Source: a bacterium (lineage in GTDB: Bacteria; Patescibacteriota; Minisyncoccia; Phycocordibacterales; UBA12088). Taken from it: a stretch of DNA of 64,000 nucleotides. The position numbers and the translations under genes are program-made. Below, piece by piece: positions 9,856-19,386 of the stretch. The stretch spans positions 196 through 64,195 of the forward strand of contig QKEV01000002.1 of NCBI GenBank assembly GCA_003252295.1. The letters run 5' to 3'. Under the pieces are notes generated by a model. That model did not search any database and was not told the DNA's origin. It saw only the letters and a list, made by a program, of their open reading frames with translations. Within the stretch, counting starts at the first letter, position 1. Every line of letters starts with the position of its first letter.

Positions 9856-11433
9856 ATGGCGCAAAAGCAAAAAAATGAAGAGAAAGAATCACCTGAGGAG
9901 CTCATCAGCTACCTGAGTGACCCTTCTGAAGCAGATAAAAAACTCATTAAAGATGCATACGCTTTTGCGCAAGAAGCGCATAAAGAACACAAGAGAAACT
10001 CAGGTGAACCCTACTTTGTACACCTCTACGCAACAGCAAAAGGACTTGCAGAGATAGACATGGATGCAACAACAGTTGCTGCTGGACTCTTACATGACTC
10101 TATTGAAGACGTGGGTGTCACCGAAGAAACAATAGAGAAAAAGTTTGGTAACGAGGTACTCTTTTTAGTAAAAGGTACTACGAAGCTTGGTAAACTTAAG
10201 TACCGTGGTGCAGAACGACACATAGAAAGCTTGCGTCGTCTTTTTGTTGCCACAAGTAAGGATATTCGCGTGCTCATGATAAAACTCATGGATCGCCGAC
10301 ATAACATCAGCACCCTTCAGTACGTACCTGAGCAAAAACGAGAACGCATTGCTTCTGAAACACTCTCTATCTATGCACCGCTAGCTGATCGGTTAGGAAT
10401 GGGACGCCTCAAGCGTGAACTTGAAGATGCCTCTTTCAAATACGTACTCCCGGAAGAGTATGAAAAGATGCAGAAGATTATGAAGGAGAACCAGCAAACT
10501 CGCCAACCGCAACTCGAAGAGGTTATGAAGACGCTCAAGCGCAACCTTGCAGAACATGGCGTAAAAGGATTTCGAACTGAATCACGTATCAAAGGACTCT
10601 ATTCACTCTACAAGAAACTTGAACGAAAAGGTGGTGACATGGACAAAATATATGATCTCTATGCAATACGCATCATTGTTGGTTCGGTGGAAGATTGCTA
10701 CCGCTCACTCGGTGTGGCACACACACTATGGCACCCGCTTCCAGGAAAGATCAAAGACTACATTGCTTTTGAAAAACCAAATGGCTACCGTTCTATTCAC
10801 ACAACCGTTATGACAAATGTTGCCGGACCGGTAGAGATACAGTTTAGGACCGAACAGATGCATCGTGAGGCACAGTACGGTATCGCAAGCCACCTTTCAT
10901 ACAAGGAGACAGAGGGACCACTCGACAGAGGTGATAAGAAAAAGAATAACCTCTGGTACCACCAGCTCATACCTTCCCTCCTTAAGGGAAGTCCTTCTGT
11001 ACCGAAGAAAAAAGCAGCAAACGTGCCAAAATGGGTGGACGACCTCGCCACGGCACACAACATGGACAAGTCACCAAATAAGCACGAAAAGTATCTACAA
11101 GATATCAGTGACGACTTCTTCAGCTATCGTATTTTTGTCTTTACCCCAAAGGGAGATGTGGTTGACCTACCACTCAACTCAACTCCAATAGACTTTGCCT
11201 ACGCAATACACTCTGAAATAGGCGACCATACTTCCGGAGCAAAGATAAACGGCAAGCTCGTATCACTTGATACCACCCTCGCCAATGGTGACATTGTACA
11301 GATCGAAACAAAGAAAAACTCAAAACCATCAAGAAAATGGCTCAAGTTTGTACGTACTTCTATCGCACGTCGACACATCAACAACACACTCAGTAGAATA
11401 CGAAAAAACGATACTTCGGAGAGTAAATCCTAG
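9856..11433 (+). CDS. rel: short RelA/SpoT-homolog (p)ppGpp synthetase/hydrolase (HD + synthetase + TGS, no ACT/RRM)
   Basis: HD motif LLHDSIEDV, synthetase YRSIHTTV, TGS region FVFTPKGDVVDLPLNSTPIDFAYAIHSEIG. Confidence 0.85.
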   Translation: MAQKQKNEEKESPEELISYLSDPSEADKKLIKDAYAFAQEAHKEHKRNSGEPYFVHLYATAKGLAEIDMDATTVAAGLLHDSIEDVGVTEETIEKKFGNEVLFLVKGTTKLGKLKYRGAERHIESLRRLFVATSKDIRVLMIKLMDRRHNISTLQYVPEQKRERIASETLSIYAPLADRLGMGRLKRELEDASFKYVLPEEYEKMQKIMKENQQTRQPQLEEVMKTLKRNLAEHGVKGFRTESRIKGLYSLYKKLERKGGDMDKIYDLYAIRIIVGSVEDCYRSLGVAHTLWHPLPGKIKDYIAFEKPNGYRSIHTTVMTNVAGPVEIQFRTEQMHREAQYGIASHLSYKETEGPLDRGDKKKNNLWYHQLIPSLLKGSPSVPKKKAANVPKWVDDLATAHNMDKSPNKHEKYLQDISDDFFSYRIFVFTPKGDVVDLPLNSTPIDFAYAIHSEIGDHTSGAKINGKLVSLDTTLANGDIVQIETKKNSKPSRKWLKFVRTSIARRHINNTLSRIRKNDTSESKS

Positions 11434-11464
11434 TACCGTTTTCCTTTTTATATAACCAGTAACT

Positions 11465-12669
11465 CTAGATACTAAAGTTGCGTATTGCGTAGAGATCCGC
11501 ATCTTCTTCAGCAGGTGTCTCTTCTACTTCAGCTACAGGTGGAGTAAATGTGTCTGCGGCAGTATTGTATGACGAAACTGACTCTGGCATTGGACGTTCA
11601 GTGCTTGGTTCAACCGAGTGCATGTTTGCTGGGTTACTCAAGAGTGGATGTAATGCTGCAATGTTCTCCTCCTCTGTTACTTGTTCTGGTTCTGGTGCAA
11701 CTTCCTCCTTCATCTCTTCCACCACCTCTTCTTGAGGTACGGTCTGCTCACCGTTTCCTTCATCTTGCGTCGCTTTCACCTTTTTACCTAAATCTTCTGT
11801 TGGTGCATTTGGATTGCCGTTGAGAGCATCTGAAACACCATCCTTTTCAAGTTGCATAGCACTCAAGAGGTCAGAGAGATCCTCAGCTGAGAAGAAGCTA
11901 ATAACAAGCTTACCTCCCACTTCCTTCTGCTCTATCTGTACACGAGTACCAAGCTTTTCAGTGAGCTTACGTTCAAGACTGAGTACTTCAGGGTTGATCT
12001 TATGTTTTGCAGAAACTTTATCCTGTGCTGACCTTCGTGCCAGTGCCTCAGACTCACGTACCGTGAGCTTCTTTAAAAGAATCTCTTTTGCGAGTACTGA
12101 CTGCTCCTCTGGTTTGTCGTTCAACATGAGGAGTGGTCGTGTGTGACCCTCAGAAATACGTCCCTCAGCAAGGTAGCCAAGAATCGCCTCAGGTAGCATG
12201 AGGAGTCGAAGAGTGTTTGAGACATACTCACGACTCTTGCCCATTTTTTCTCCTATTTGGACATGGGTAAAGTTGAAATCCTTATGTAACCGCAGAAACG
12301 CTTTTGCCCGATCTACTGGGTTGAGATCCTCACGTTGCAGGTTTTCGATAATAGCAAGCTCGAGCTTCATCTGGTCAGTATCCTCCTCGCTTCGTATGAT
12401 AACCGGTACCTGAACAAGACCTGCTATTTTTGACGCACGCAGACGGCGTTCTCCAGCAATGAGTTCGTAGGAAACATCAATACCACCGTTGTCATGGGTG
12501 GTCTCATTGCGGGTAACGGTGAGCGGTTGAAGAAGACCATACATCCGAATAGACTCAGCAAGGCTATTCAGTTTGGCCTGATCGAACTCTCTGCGTGGTT
12601 GATATGGGTTTGGCTTAATACGTTCGACTTCTACCCAGAAAATCGAATCGCGGTATATTTCGCTCATGT
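11465..12669 (-). CDS. parB: ParB/Spo0J-family DNA-binding protein with long acidic C-terminal tail (ORF-track start 12784; likely start MSEIYRD)
   Basis: ERIKPNPYQPRREFDQAKLNSLAESIRMYGLLQPLTV ParB box; HTH region TQREVAEKMG-like GEKMGKSREYVSNTLRLL; no adjacent parA. Confidence 0.8.
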
Positions 12670-12819
12670 AACGTGATGGTGAAGGTGCGACGGGCAAGAT
12701 CAGCACCTGTATAAACGCCCGATAGTTACAGTATACCCCATTTGTTCTATACATAAAATCGTGTAAACTGGGGATATTCCACATTTTTACCGCCTAGTCT
12801 GTGGTCTAATAATACTCAT

Positions 12820-12901
12820 GCCGGAGTGGCGGAATTGGTAGACGCGCACGACTCAAAATCGTGTACCGCAAGGTGTGGGAGTTCGATTCTCCCCTCCGGC
12901 A
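12820..12901 (+). tRNA. tRNA-Leu(CAA), type II long variable arm
   Basis: GCCGGAG acceptor/CTCCGGC, anticodon arm CACGA-CTCAAAA-TCGTG, T-arm GGGAGTTCGATTCTCCC. Confidence 0.85.
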
Positions 12902-12944
12902 CATAATAGCGCCACTCCTCGGAGTGGCGACTAACATAATTTTG

Positions 12945-13009
12945 GGTAGACGCGCACGACTCAAAACGTGCTTCGCAAGAGAGTGGGAGTTCGATTCTCC
13001 CCTCCGGCA
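12945..13009 (+). pseudogene. partial tandem duplicate of tRNA-Leu(CAA) (D-arm to 3' end; no matching 5' acceptor strand, 8-nt anticodon loop)
   Basis: GGTAGACGCGCACGACTCAAAA-CGTGC...GGGAGTTCGATTCTCCCCTCCGGCAC repeats the 3' two-thirds of the upstream tRNA with a 1-nt deletion; 5' strand CTCGGAG cannot pair with CTCCGGC. Confidence 0.7.
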
Positions 13010-13125
13010 CAATATAATGCTACTCCTTGGAGTGGCGTTATGTCATTCACCTTGCAAGCAATGTATTCGTTGACATTTTTATTTATAATGTTTTAATGTT
13101 GAAAAATACACAGGAGGGGTGCCGA

Positions 13126-13740
13126 ATGAAGATAGAGATTGATTCGATCAATGATGCACACAGTGTGACATCATCAGATGCCAGCAGGGTTGTGAGAGAT
13201 CTATGCATCTCCTACACAAGTATTAGACGTACATTCTTAGTTACATACAACGACATACATGAAGCATTTGAAGATGGTAACATCACTAGAATTGCAAAAC
13301 TCATGGAGTCAGTATTTGGACTGCCATCTGGTTTTGTTAAAAAAGTTGGATTTTCAGCAACCATCAGTGGTGGGAAATTTGATACCGCTCTAGCAGGTAT
13401 GTTATTTTCTCATCGTCATCCAGACAATTTACCCTTGGATGGTACTCTTCTTTTTAAGGACTCAAAGGAAGTTGTGTGCAGATATTCAGAAGCACTTGTT
13501 CTGCATACTATTGCACACGAGTACTCACATGCACGTTTACGACTCGATGGACACCTGTTGCGCAATTCAGAGTTTGCCACAGACATTCTTGCTATCATTG
13601 CAACTGGTACAACAGAAAGGTACCTAGAGAACATACACAAATCTGGTACGACTGTCGGTTACATACGTGAAGCTCTCTTTGAGGTGGTATTTACAGCTCT
13701 CGCAAAACATGCAGACACAATTTACCTACCTGCAGTATAG
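13126..13740 (+). CDS. hypothetical protein with HExxH motif (possible small zinc metallopeptidase)
   Basis: HTIAHEYSHARLRLDGH; RBS aggagggg before ATG at 13126. Confidence 0.45.
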   Translation: MKIEIDSINDAHSVTSSDASRVVRDLCISYTSIRRTFLVTYNDIHEAFEDGNITRIAKLMESVFGLPSGFVKKVGFSATISGGKFDTALAGMLFSHRHPDNLPLDGTLLFKDSKEVVCRYSEALVLHTIAHEYSHARLRLDGHLLRNSEFATDILAIIATGTTERYLENIHKSGTTVGYIREALFEVVFTALAKHADTIYLPAV

Positions 13741-13906
13741 GTACATCTTAAGGCCGTCACATATAGGTAGACGGCCTTAAACTTTTTTCAATGTTCTTGC
13801 CATAAACATACAACTTGTTATTCTGCAGGATAGAAAAGATGAAAGATTAGAGCTTGCCGTTTAACGCAAGAATTTAAACCAAAAGTATAAATTGGAGGAA
13901 GAAACA

Positions 13907-14383
13907 ATGGTTGCAATAATACAACCTAAGATTACGTTTTTAACCAAACAAAACTTGGTTGCGATGGTTGAAGCGAGTATCGAAAGTACCATGTTCCGAA
14001 ACATATACACCATAGTCAATGGAGAAAAACGAGATATTTTGGAAGATGGAAATCTTTCTTGTGCATACTACGTTTCCTGCATTCTACTTATCTTCAAACT
14101 CATAAATGAGCCACATGCTAAGGTAGCTGGACTCCTCAGAGATATGCTTGAAAATACATGGTTTAAAGCAAATGGAGATCCGTTACCGGGAGATGTGCTC
14201 ACCTGGGAACCAAAGTATTTCAAAAATAGTGGAAAGATTAGAGATCATGTTGGTTTTTTTCTCAAAGATAACATTGCGGTAAGTAACAATCCGATACTGA
14301 AGACTCCAACAACACATATGTATAACCTATATGATGGACGGCCTCTGAAAGCAGTTTATCGTCATCCTCTACTTGTTGCATAG
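13907..14383 (+). CDS. NlpC/P60- or CHAP-like cysteine peptidase (putative cell-wall hydrolase)
   Basis: EDGNLSCAYYVSCIL (Cys), PLPGDVLTWEP, RDHVGFFL (His) arranged like papain-fold PG hydrolases; RBS ggagga. Confidence 0.45.
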   Translation: MVAIIQPKITFLTKQNLVAMVEASIESTMFRNIYTIVNGEKRDILEDGNLSCAYYVSCILLIFKLINEPHAKVAGLLRDMLENTWFKANGDPLPGDVLTWEPKYFKNSGKIRDHVGFFLKDNIAVSNNPILKTPTTHMYNLYDGRPLKAVYRHPLLVA

Positions 14384-14479
14384 AAACCATGTAAAAAGTG
14401 TTCAAGTAATCATTTAAAGCACCTCGTATTACCATCGAGGTGCTTTTTTGCACTATCGTACTCTCTGTTTTATATATCC

Positions 14480-15637
14480 TTACATAGACAGAGTTCCCTT
14501 AGATCCTCCAGGGTCACCCATGGCAAGATCTATTTTATTGGTGAGACCTGTTTCTTTCATTGCCTTATACTTTGCTTTTACTTGCGGGGTGTAGCGAAGT
14601 GCTTCAAGCGGTTTTCGCAAGAGTATCTTTGCTGCATGCACAACATCATCATAGGGAATCTTAATCTTGTCACCCCTGTGAATAGTACTGTTTTTTTTCA
14701 TACTATTCTCCTTCATCACTTTATACACCGGAACCTTAAAACGTCTGCATATACCATAGAGTGTCTTGTCACTTCCATCTATCGTATGCACGTAGTACCC
14801 TTTCTCTCGCACATCTTTCAACATGGTGTTCATGTACCACTCCATGTAACGATAAAAATTTTCTGGGGTTCTCTCCTCTTTTGAAACACCCCTGGTAAAA
14901 CCAAACAATCCACCTCCTGCGTTGTACGCATACAGCAACATATCTACATCATCGCCAAAACGATCTTTCTCGTTTGCAAGGTACTCAGCAGTAACTTCAC
15001 TTGCAATATACGGATCATCCACATCTTTTGGTTCATACCCCATCGCTTTCGCAGTTGCAGGCATGATGCCGGTCATCCCCCTTGCACCAGCCCACGAGGT
15101 GAGTGTGCGACCTCTCGTCTCTTGTACAGCGATCATGTACGCAAGTTCCCTATCCAAACCCCTCTCAAGGTATGGTTTTACAACCTTCTCCATATCTAGC
15201 TTTGAAACATTTTTAACAGCAAGTTCAAGGTCTTTTTTACCCTTTCCTGTATGTGTATGGTAACGATAGTGCTCATTGAACACAGCTTCAAGACCTGCTT
15301 CGAGATGTTCTACTTCCCCAAACTCTCTTATCTGAGCAATAGGTGTCTTCCCCTCTGCCAATTCCCGCCTGTATTCTTCGCGGATCTTCTCAGCTAACTC
15401 TTCACGTTTCTCTCTATTATGTTCATCCTGCAACTGCTCTGCTAATTCCTCAACCTCTGGGGAGATGGCATACTCTTCTTTTCCTATTTCCGACAGCTTC
15501 TCAAGAACCTTGTCACCTACAACAGCTGTAACACCAAGAGCAGCAGCACCTACAGCAGCTTTTTTTAGAAACGTTCTCCTGCCTGGATTTTCAGGCGCAT
15601 CTTCAGCAGGTATTGGTATACTTTCAAGATTTCTCAT
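14480..15637 (-). CDS. lytic transglycosylase (SLT domain) with Tat-type signal and C-terminal LysM-like segment
   Basis: RRTFLKKAAVGAAALGV twin-arginine; AYMIAVQETRGRTLTSWAGARGMTGIMPATAKAMGY and LLYAYNAGGG SLT motifs. Confidence 0.75.
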   Translation of the reverse strand: MRNLESIPIPAEDAPENPGRRTFLKKAAVGAAALGVTAVVGDKVLEKLSEIGKEEYAISPEVEELAEQLQDEHNREKREELAEKIREEYRRELAEGKTPIAQIREFGEVEHLEAGLEAVFNEHYRYHTHTGKGKKDLELAVKNVSKLDMEKVVKPYLERGLDRELAYMIAVQETRGRTLTSWAGARGMTGIMPATAKAMGYEPKDVDDPYIASEVTAEYLANEKDRFGDDVDMLLYAYNAGGGLFGFTRGVSKEERTPENFYRYMEWYMNTMLKDVREKGYYVHTIDGSDKTLYGICRRFKVPVYKVMKENSMKKNSTIHRGDKIKIPYDDVVHAAKILLRKPLEALRYTPQVKAKYKAMKETGLTNKIDLAMGDPGGSKGTLSM

Positions 15638-15717
15638 ACTTCACGTTATAAACTTTTACAACAAAGTCTTTACTATTCTGCTAATTGTAGCAGTATGTAC
15701 ATACATAGAGTAAGTAT

Positions 15718-16605
15718 ATGAAAAAACAGAAGTTAATAGCCATAGTAGGGCCTACTGCAAGTGGAAAAACAGGACTCTCCATAGAACTAGCGAAGCGTTA
15801 CAACGGCGAGGTTATTTCTGCTGACTCACGACAGGTGTACAAGGGACTCGATATTGGTACCGAGAAGGTGACCAAGCATGAGATGCGGGGTGTTCCACAC
15901 TACTGCATAGATGTAGCAAGTCCGAAACGAGCCTTCTCTGTAGAACAGTGGCGCAGATGTGCTTTACAAGCTCTCAAACAAATCGACAAGCATGGGGCAT
16001 TGCCTATTGTAGCGGGTGGTAGTGGTTTTTATGTTGATGCACTCGTACACAACTACTCATTCCCTGTCGTAAAACCAAACACCAAACTACGGAATGAACT
16101 CAAAAAGAAGAGTACTGAGGAACTTTTTGAAACCCTTGAACGACTTGATCCAAGACGAGCTCTCACTATAGAAGCAAAGAACCCGCGACGCCTCATACGA
16201 GCAATAGAGATAGCAATAGAGCTTGGTAAGGTGCCAAGCTTGAGCAAGAAGCAATCCAACTTTGACGTGGTATGGATTGGCATCTTTCCTGGACTTGATG
16301 TACTCACTGAGCGCATTGAGAAACGTTTCTATAATACAACTCGAAAAGGTCTCATTACAGAAACAAAGAAACTCAGAGAAGAAGTTGGACTCTCATGGAA
16401 ACGTATCAATGAACTCGGACTTGAGTACCGAATAGTAGGTGAGTACCTCAGAGGCGAGATTACCAAGGAGGAGATGCGTGAGAAAAACATCCGCGAATTA
16501 CGTAAGTATGCGAAACGTCAGATGACCTGGCTCAAGAGAAACACTAAAATACAATGGTTTAAAAACAAAGAAGAAGCGCTTGCAAAGATAACCTTACAAC
16601 CATAG
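15718..16605 (+). CDS. miaA: tRNA dimethylallyltransferase
   Basis: IVGPTASGKTGLSIELAKRYNGEVISADSRQVYKGLDIGT. Confidence 0.9.
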   Translation: MKKQKLIAIVGPTASGKTGLSIELAKRYNGEVISADSRQVYKGLDIGTEKVTKHEMRGVPHYCIDVASPKRAFSVEQWRRCALQALKQIDKHGALPIVAGGSGFYVDALVHNYSFPVVKPNTKLRNELKKKSTEELFETLERLDPRRALTIEAKNPRRLIRAIEIAIELGKVPSLSKKQSNFDVVWIGIFPGLDVLTERIEKRFYNTTRKGLITETKKLREEVGLSWKRINELGLEYRIVGEYLRGEITKEEMREKNIRELRKYAKRQMTWLKRNTKIQWFKNKEEALAKITLQP

Positions 16606-16680
16606 ACACCTTACACTACTCATGATAGTTTTTGATGAGACAGAAGCTAATTACTCATAAACAAGCAAAAGGGGGATCCT

Positions 16681-16887
16681 ATGCAATGTGAGAAATGCCA
16701 AGGTGAAATGACACAACTTCCTACTTTAAAAATGAGTCGGAAAGTAGAGTTCGCATGCATTGAATGCGGATATGTTTTAACAAAAACAATGTCGGCTATA
16801 CATCCTGATTGTGAAGTTAGTCAACGGACCACACGCAAACTTACATCTGATGACAACTTGTACATATTCCTTGGCTGTATATCATGA
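16681..16887 (+). CDS. small zinc-ribbon protein
   Basis: CEKCQ...CIECG double CxxC; followed by terminator hairpin acacccctgtga...tcacaggggtgt at ~16895-16925. Confidence 0.45.
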   Translation: MQCEKCQGEMTQLPTLKMSRKVEFACIECGYVLTKTMSAIHPDCEVSQRTTRKLTSDDNLYIFLGCIS

Positions 16888-16957
16888 AAAAATACACCCC
16901 TGTGATGTTCATTTCACAGGGGTGTCGCTTTTACTCCTCTTTTACCAGACTTGTGAC

Positions 16958-17356
16958 TCACTCTGTCTTTGTTATTTTTAATTCATCGTAACCTGTTGCC
17001 TCGTCATACTCCCTGTTAAAGACAAAACCACTTAACTCATCAAGTACAACTTCTACCGTAGTATAAACCTTGCAACCTTCTTTAAGGTGACCACCGAACA
17101 CGTTCCCCTCATGATCAGAAAATGAGATGTGCATATGCATATCCCCTTTTTCAATAGTTCCAACAAGAGAAACTATCTCATACTGCCCTTCAAATTTTTT
17201 TATAGTTTTGCCATCCGACACCCTCACAGTAACCCCATTAAGACTACCTACACATGTGACGACACACCCTGCTCTAATGAGATTTTCATGAGCATAGCGT
17301 TGCAAACTTACCTTCAAATCATCATTGGGGTGTAACCGTATCACATGTTTACTCAT
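16958..17356 (-). CDS. PPC/DUF296-domain protein
   Basis: Overall similarity to plants-and-prokaryotes-conserved DUF296 fold (VTCVGSLNGVTVRV...GDMHMHISFSDHEGNVFGGHL). Confidence 0.5.
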   Translation of the reverse strand: MSKHVIRLHPNDDLKVSLQRYAHENLIRAGCVVTCVGSLNGVTVRVSDGKTIKKFEGQYEIVSLVGTIEKGDMHMHISFSDHEGNVFGGHLKEGCKVYTTVEVVLDELSGFVFNREYDEATGYDELKITKTE

Positions 17357-17371
17357 GGTACCTTTAAAAAA

Positions 17372-17581
17372 TTACTCCTTTTCTTTTTCAATCTCTGCCT
17401 GAAGCTCATTGAACTCGTTCTCAACCTCCTTGATGCGACCCTTGAGCTTCTTTACGAGCTCAGCTCCCTCCTTCACTTTTTTGAGCCCTTCTTCAACATC
17501 GAAGTCATCCTTTTCAAACCAGCTTGCGATGGCCTCTAGCTCTTTGAGTTGTTCTTGTATGTTATCTTTTTTTTCTGTCAT
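17372..17581 (-). CDS. xseB: exodeoxyribonuclease VII small subunit
   Basis: 69-aa coiled-coil protein LKELEAIASWFEKDDFDVEEGLKKVKEGAELVKKLK directly downstream of xseA. Confidence 0.85.
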   Translation of the reverse strand: MTEKKDNIQEQLKELEAIASWFEKDDFDVEEGLKKVKEGAELVKKLKGRIKEVENEFNELQAEIEKEKE

Positions 17582-17631
17582 GTTGAATTATATAATTAGT
17601 TATGTAATTAGGTATATAATTAATTATATAC

Positions 17632-18894
17632 CTAATTTTTTGTGACCTGTGCTTCAAATGTACCATCTGATACTCTTGTGGTAATAACATCTCCCTCCTG
17701 TATATCTTTTACACTCTTCACCACCTTACCTTCTGCATTGTACACGAGTCCGTAGCCACGAGTAAGTATATGCGTTGGATCAGACATGGCAATGAGTCGC
17801 TCATAGGTTGTGAGCGTTTGCTTACTCTTCTCTAGTGCATGCGTCATTTTCTCTTGCACCCTCACGAGCATCCTGTCTACAAACTCACCGTGACTTTGTA
17901 GGAGCAGTTTTGTCTTTTCAGTAGCACGCTCAAGCGACCGCTCATACTTTTCAAACCGCACAAACAGCTGCTTCATGCCATGCTGGATGCTACGAGTTGC
18001 CAGTGCTGTTGTGTGAGAGAGTGTCTGCAACTTCCTTTCATATGACAGGAGTATCTTTGCGGTGAGTGTCGGTACACGCTGTGTGAGTGGTTCCCATGAC
18101 TCGTTTATGACATGTGCTACCGCCGTAGGCGTGCTCGCGCTCCAGTCAGCTACCATGGTCGCTATGGGCGCATCTACATCATGTCCGATACCAACAAGTA
18201 CTGGTACAGGACTTGCGTAGAGTGCACGCACTACAGCTTCATTGTTGAATCCCTGGAGCGACTCCAGAGACCCGCCACCTCGTATGAGCACCAGAACCTG
18301 TGGGGCATCTTTCTTCTTGTTGAAGTACTGTATCGCTCGTTCTATCTCAAGAGCACTATCTGCTCCCTCAACACCGGAATGCACAAAGTCGACACGTATC
18401 CCGAGTGGTTCGAGGTTTTCCATGAGGTCCTGTATCACCACACCATTACGAGAGGAAATGACACCGATATGTGAGATAAAGTCTGGAAGCTCTCGCTTAC
18501 GTTCAAAGAGTCCTTCTTTCTTGAGTTTGTCTAGGAGGAGCTCGTAAGCACGTTTGAGCGCACCCTCACCTACCGGCTCTATACTTGATACCCAGAAACC
18601 AAAGTTACCCGTCTTTGGGGAAAGCTTGCCATAGCCAGCCACCTTTACCATCATTCCTTCTTCCACTTGTACCCCGAGTCGTCGGTAGACACCTGAGTGA
18701 AGACCACACCGAAGCACTGTTCCATCTTCTGCGTCCTTGAGTGAGAAAAACACCCACTGTGGGAGAATCTTGAGGTCTATCACCTCACCCTCAACAGAGA
18801 CTCGGAGTGGTCCAAGGAGCTCATTCACGAGATCCAAGTACTCCGTAACCGAGAATATTTTATTTTCAATATGTTCTAAGAACGGATTAGACAT
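17632..18894 (-). CDS. xseA: exodeoxyribonuclease VII large subunit
   Basis: N-terminal OB fold (VSVEGEVIDLKI...), conserved central catalytic region GVISSRNGVVIQDL...LIRGGGS. Confidence 0.9.
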   Translation of the reverse strand: MSNPFLEHIENKIFSVTEYLDLVNELLGPLRVSVEGEVIDLKILPQWVFFSLKDAEDGTVLRCGLHSGVYRRLGVQVEEGMMVKVAGYGKLSPKTGNFGFWVSSIEPVGEGALKRAYELLLDKLKKEGLFERKRELPDFISHIGVISSRNGVVIQDLMENLEPLGIRVDFVHSGVEGADSALEIERAIQYFNKKKDAPQVLVLIRGGGSLESLQGFNNEAVVRALYASPVPVLVGIGHDVDAPIATMVADWSASTPTAVAHVINESWEPLTQRVPTLTAKILLSYERKLQTLSHTTALATRSIQHGMKQLFVRFEKYERSLERATEKTKLLLQSHGEFVDRMLVRVQEKMTHALEKSKQTLTTYERLIAMSDPTHILTRGYGLVYNAEGKVVKSVKDIQEGDVITTRVSDGTFEAQVTKN

Positions 18895-18979
18895 GGAGAA
18901 TAGTATACAACAGCAGGCAACTGCTTTCTAACAAAACAAACCGGTGCAGTCACCTGCACCGGTAGAGTATACCTGTTTT

Positions 18980-19273
18980 TCACTTAAACGTGAGCGGTGT
19001 CTCAGACACCAACCTGGTAGTATCATCACCGTTAAAACCTTTTTCATACTGCAACTGCTGAACAAACTCCACAAACCGCAAGCGAGGATCGTCTTCTTTC
19101 AGGTCAGTATTTGTTAAAGCATACGCAGCAAGAAAGAGAAAGTCCTTCATGCTCAAAACATAGTCACGAATCATCACAACATCCTTACCGTCACCGTCCA
19201 TGTCATGCACCTGCACATCAAGCCCTTTCGGTATTGTTCCGTTATCTAACGTCATACTCATACCACACCTCAC
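18980..19273 (-). CDS. hypothetical protein with EF-hand-like loop (DMDGDGKDVVMIRD)
   Basis: ORF with DxDxDG calcium-loop-like motif; no other similarity. Confidence 0.35.
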   Translation of the reverse strand: MRCGMSMTLDNGTIPKGLDVQVHDMDGDGKDVVMIRDYVLSMKDFLFLAAYALTNTDLKEDDPRLRFVEFVQQLQYEKGFNGDDTTRLVSETPLTFK

Positions 19274-19386
19274 ATACGTTAAGTTGTTCTATGAAAACTT
19301 CACCTACCATTTTTATACCAAATTCTATGAATCCATCAACAAAAAACATGGGTCGCGTACCAAAGCAACGCGACCCTTTGAAGATT

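Noticed and set aside
12806-13073. ORF-track CDSs 12806..13012(-), 12816..13010(-), 12861..13073(+) with internally repeated peptides (MCRRGESNSH... twice)
   Set aside because: They are translations across tRNA-Leu(CAA) and its tandem partial duplicate; the repeat in the peptide mirrors the DNA duplication, not a gene.
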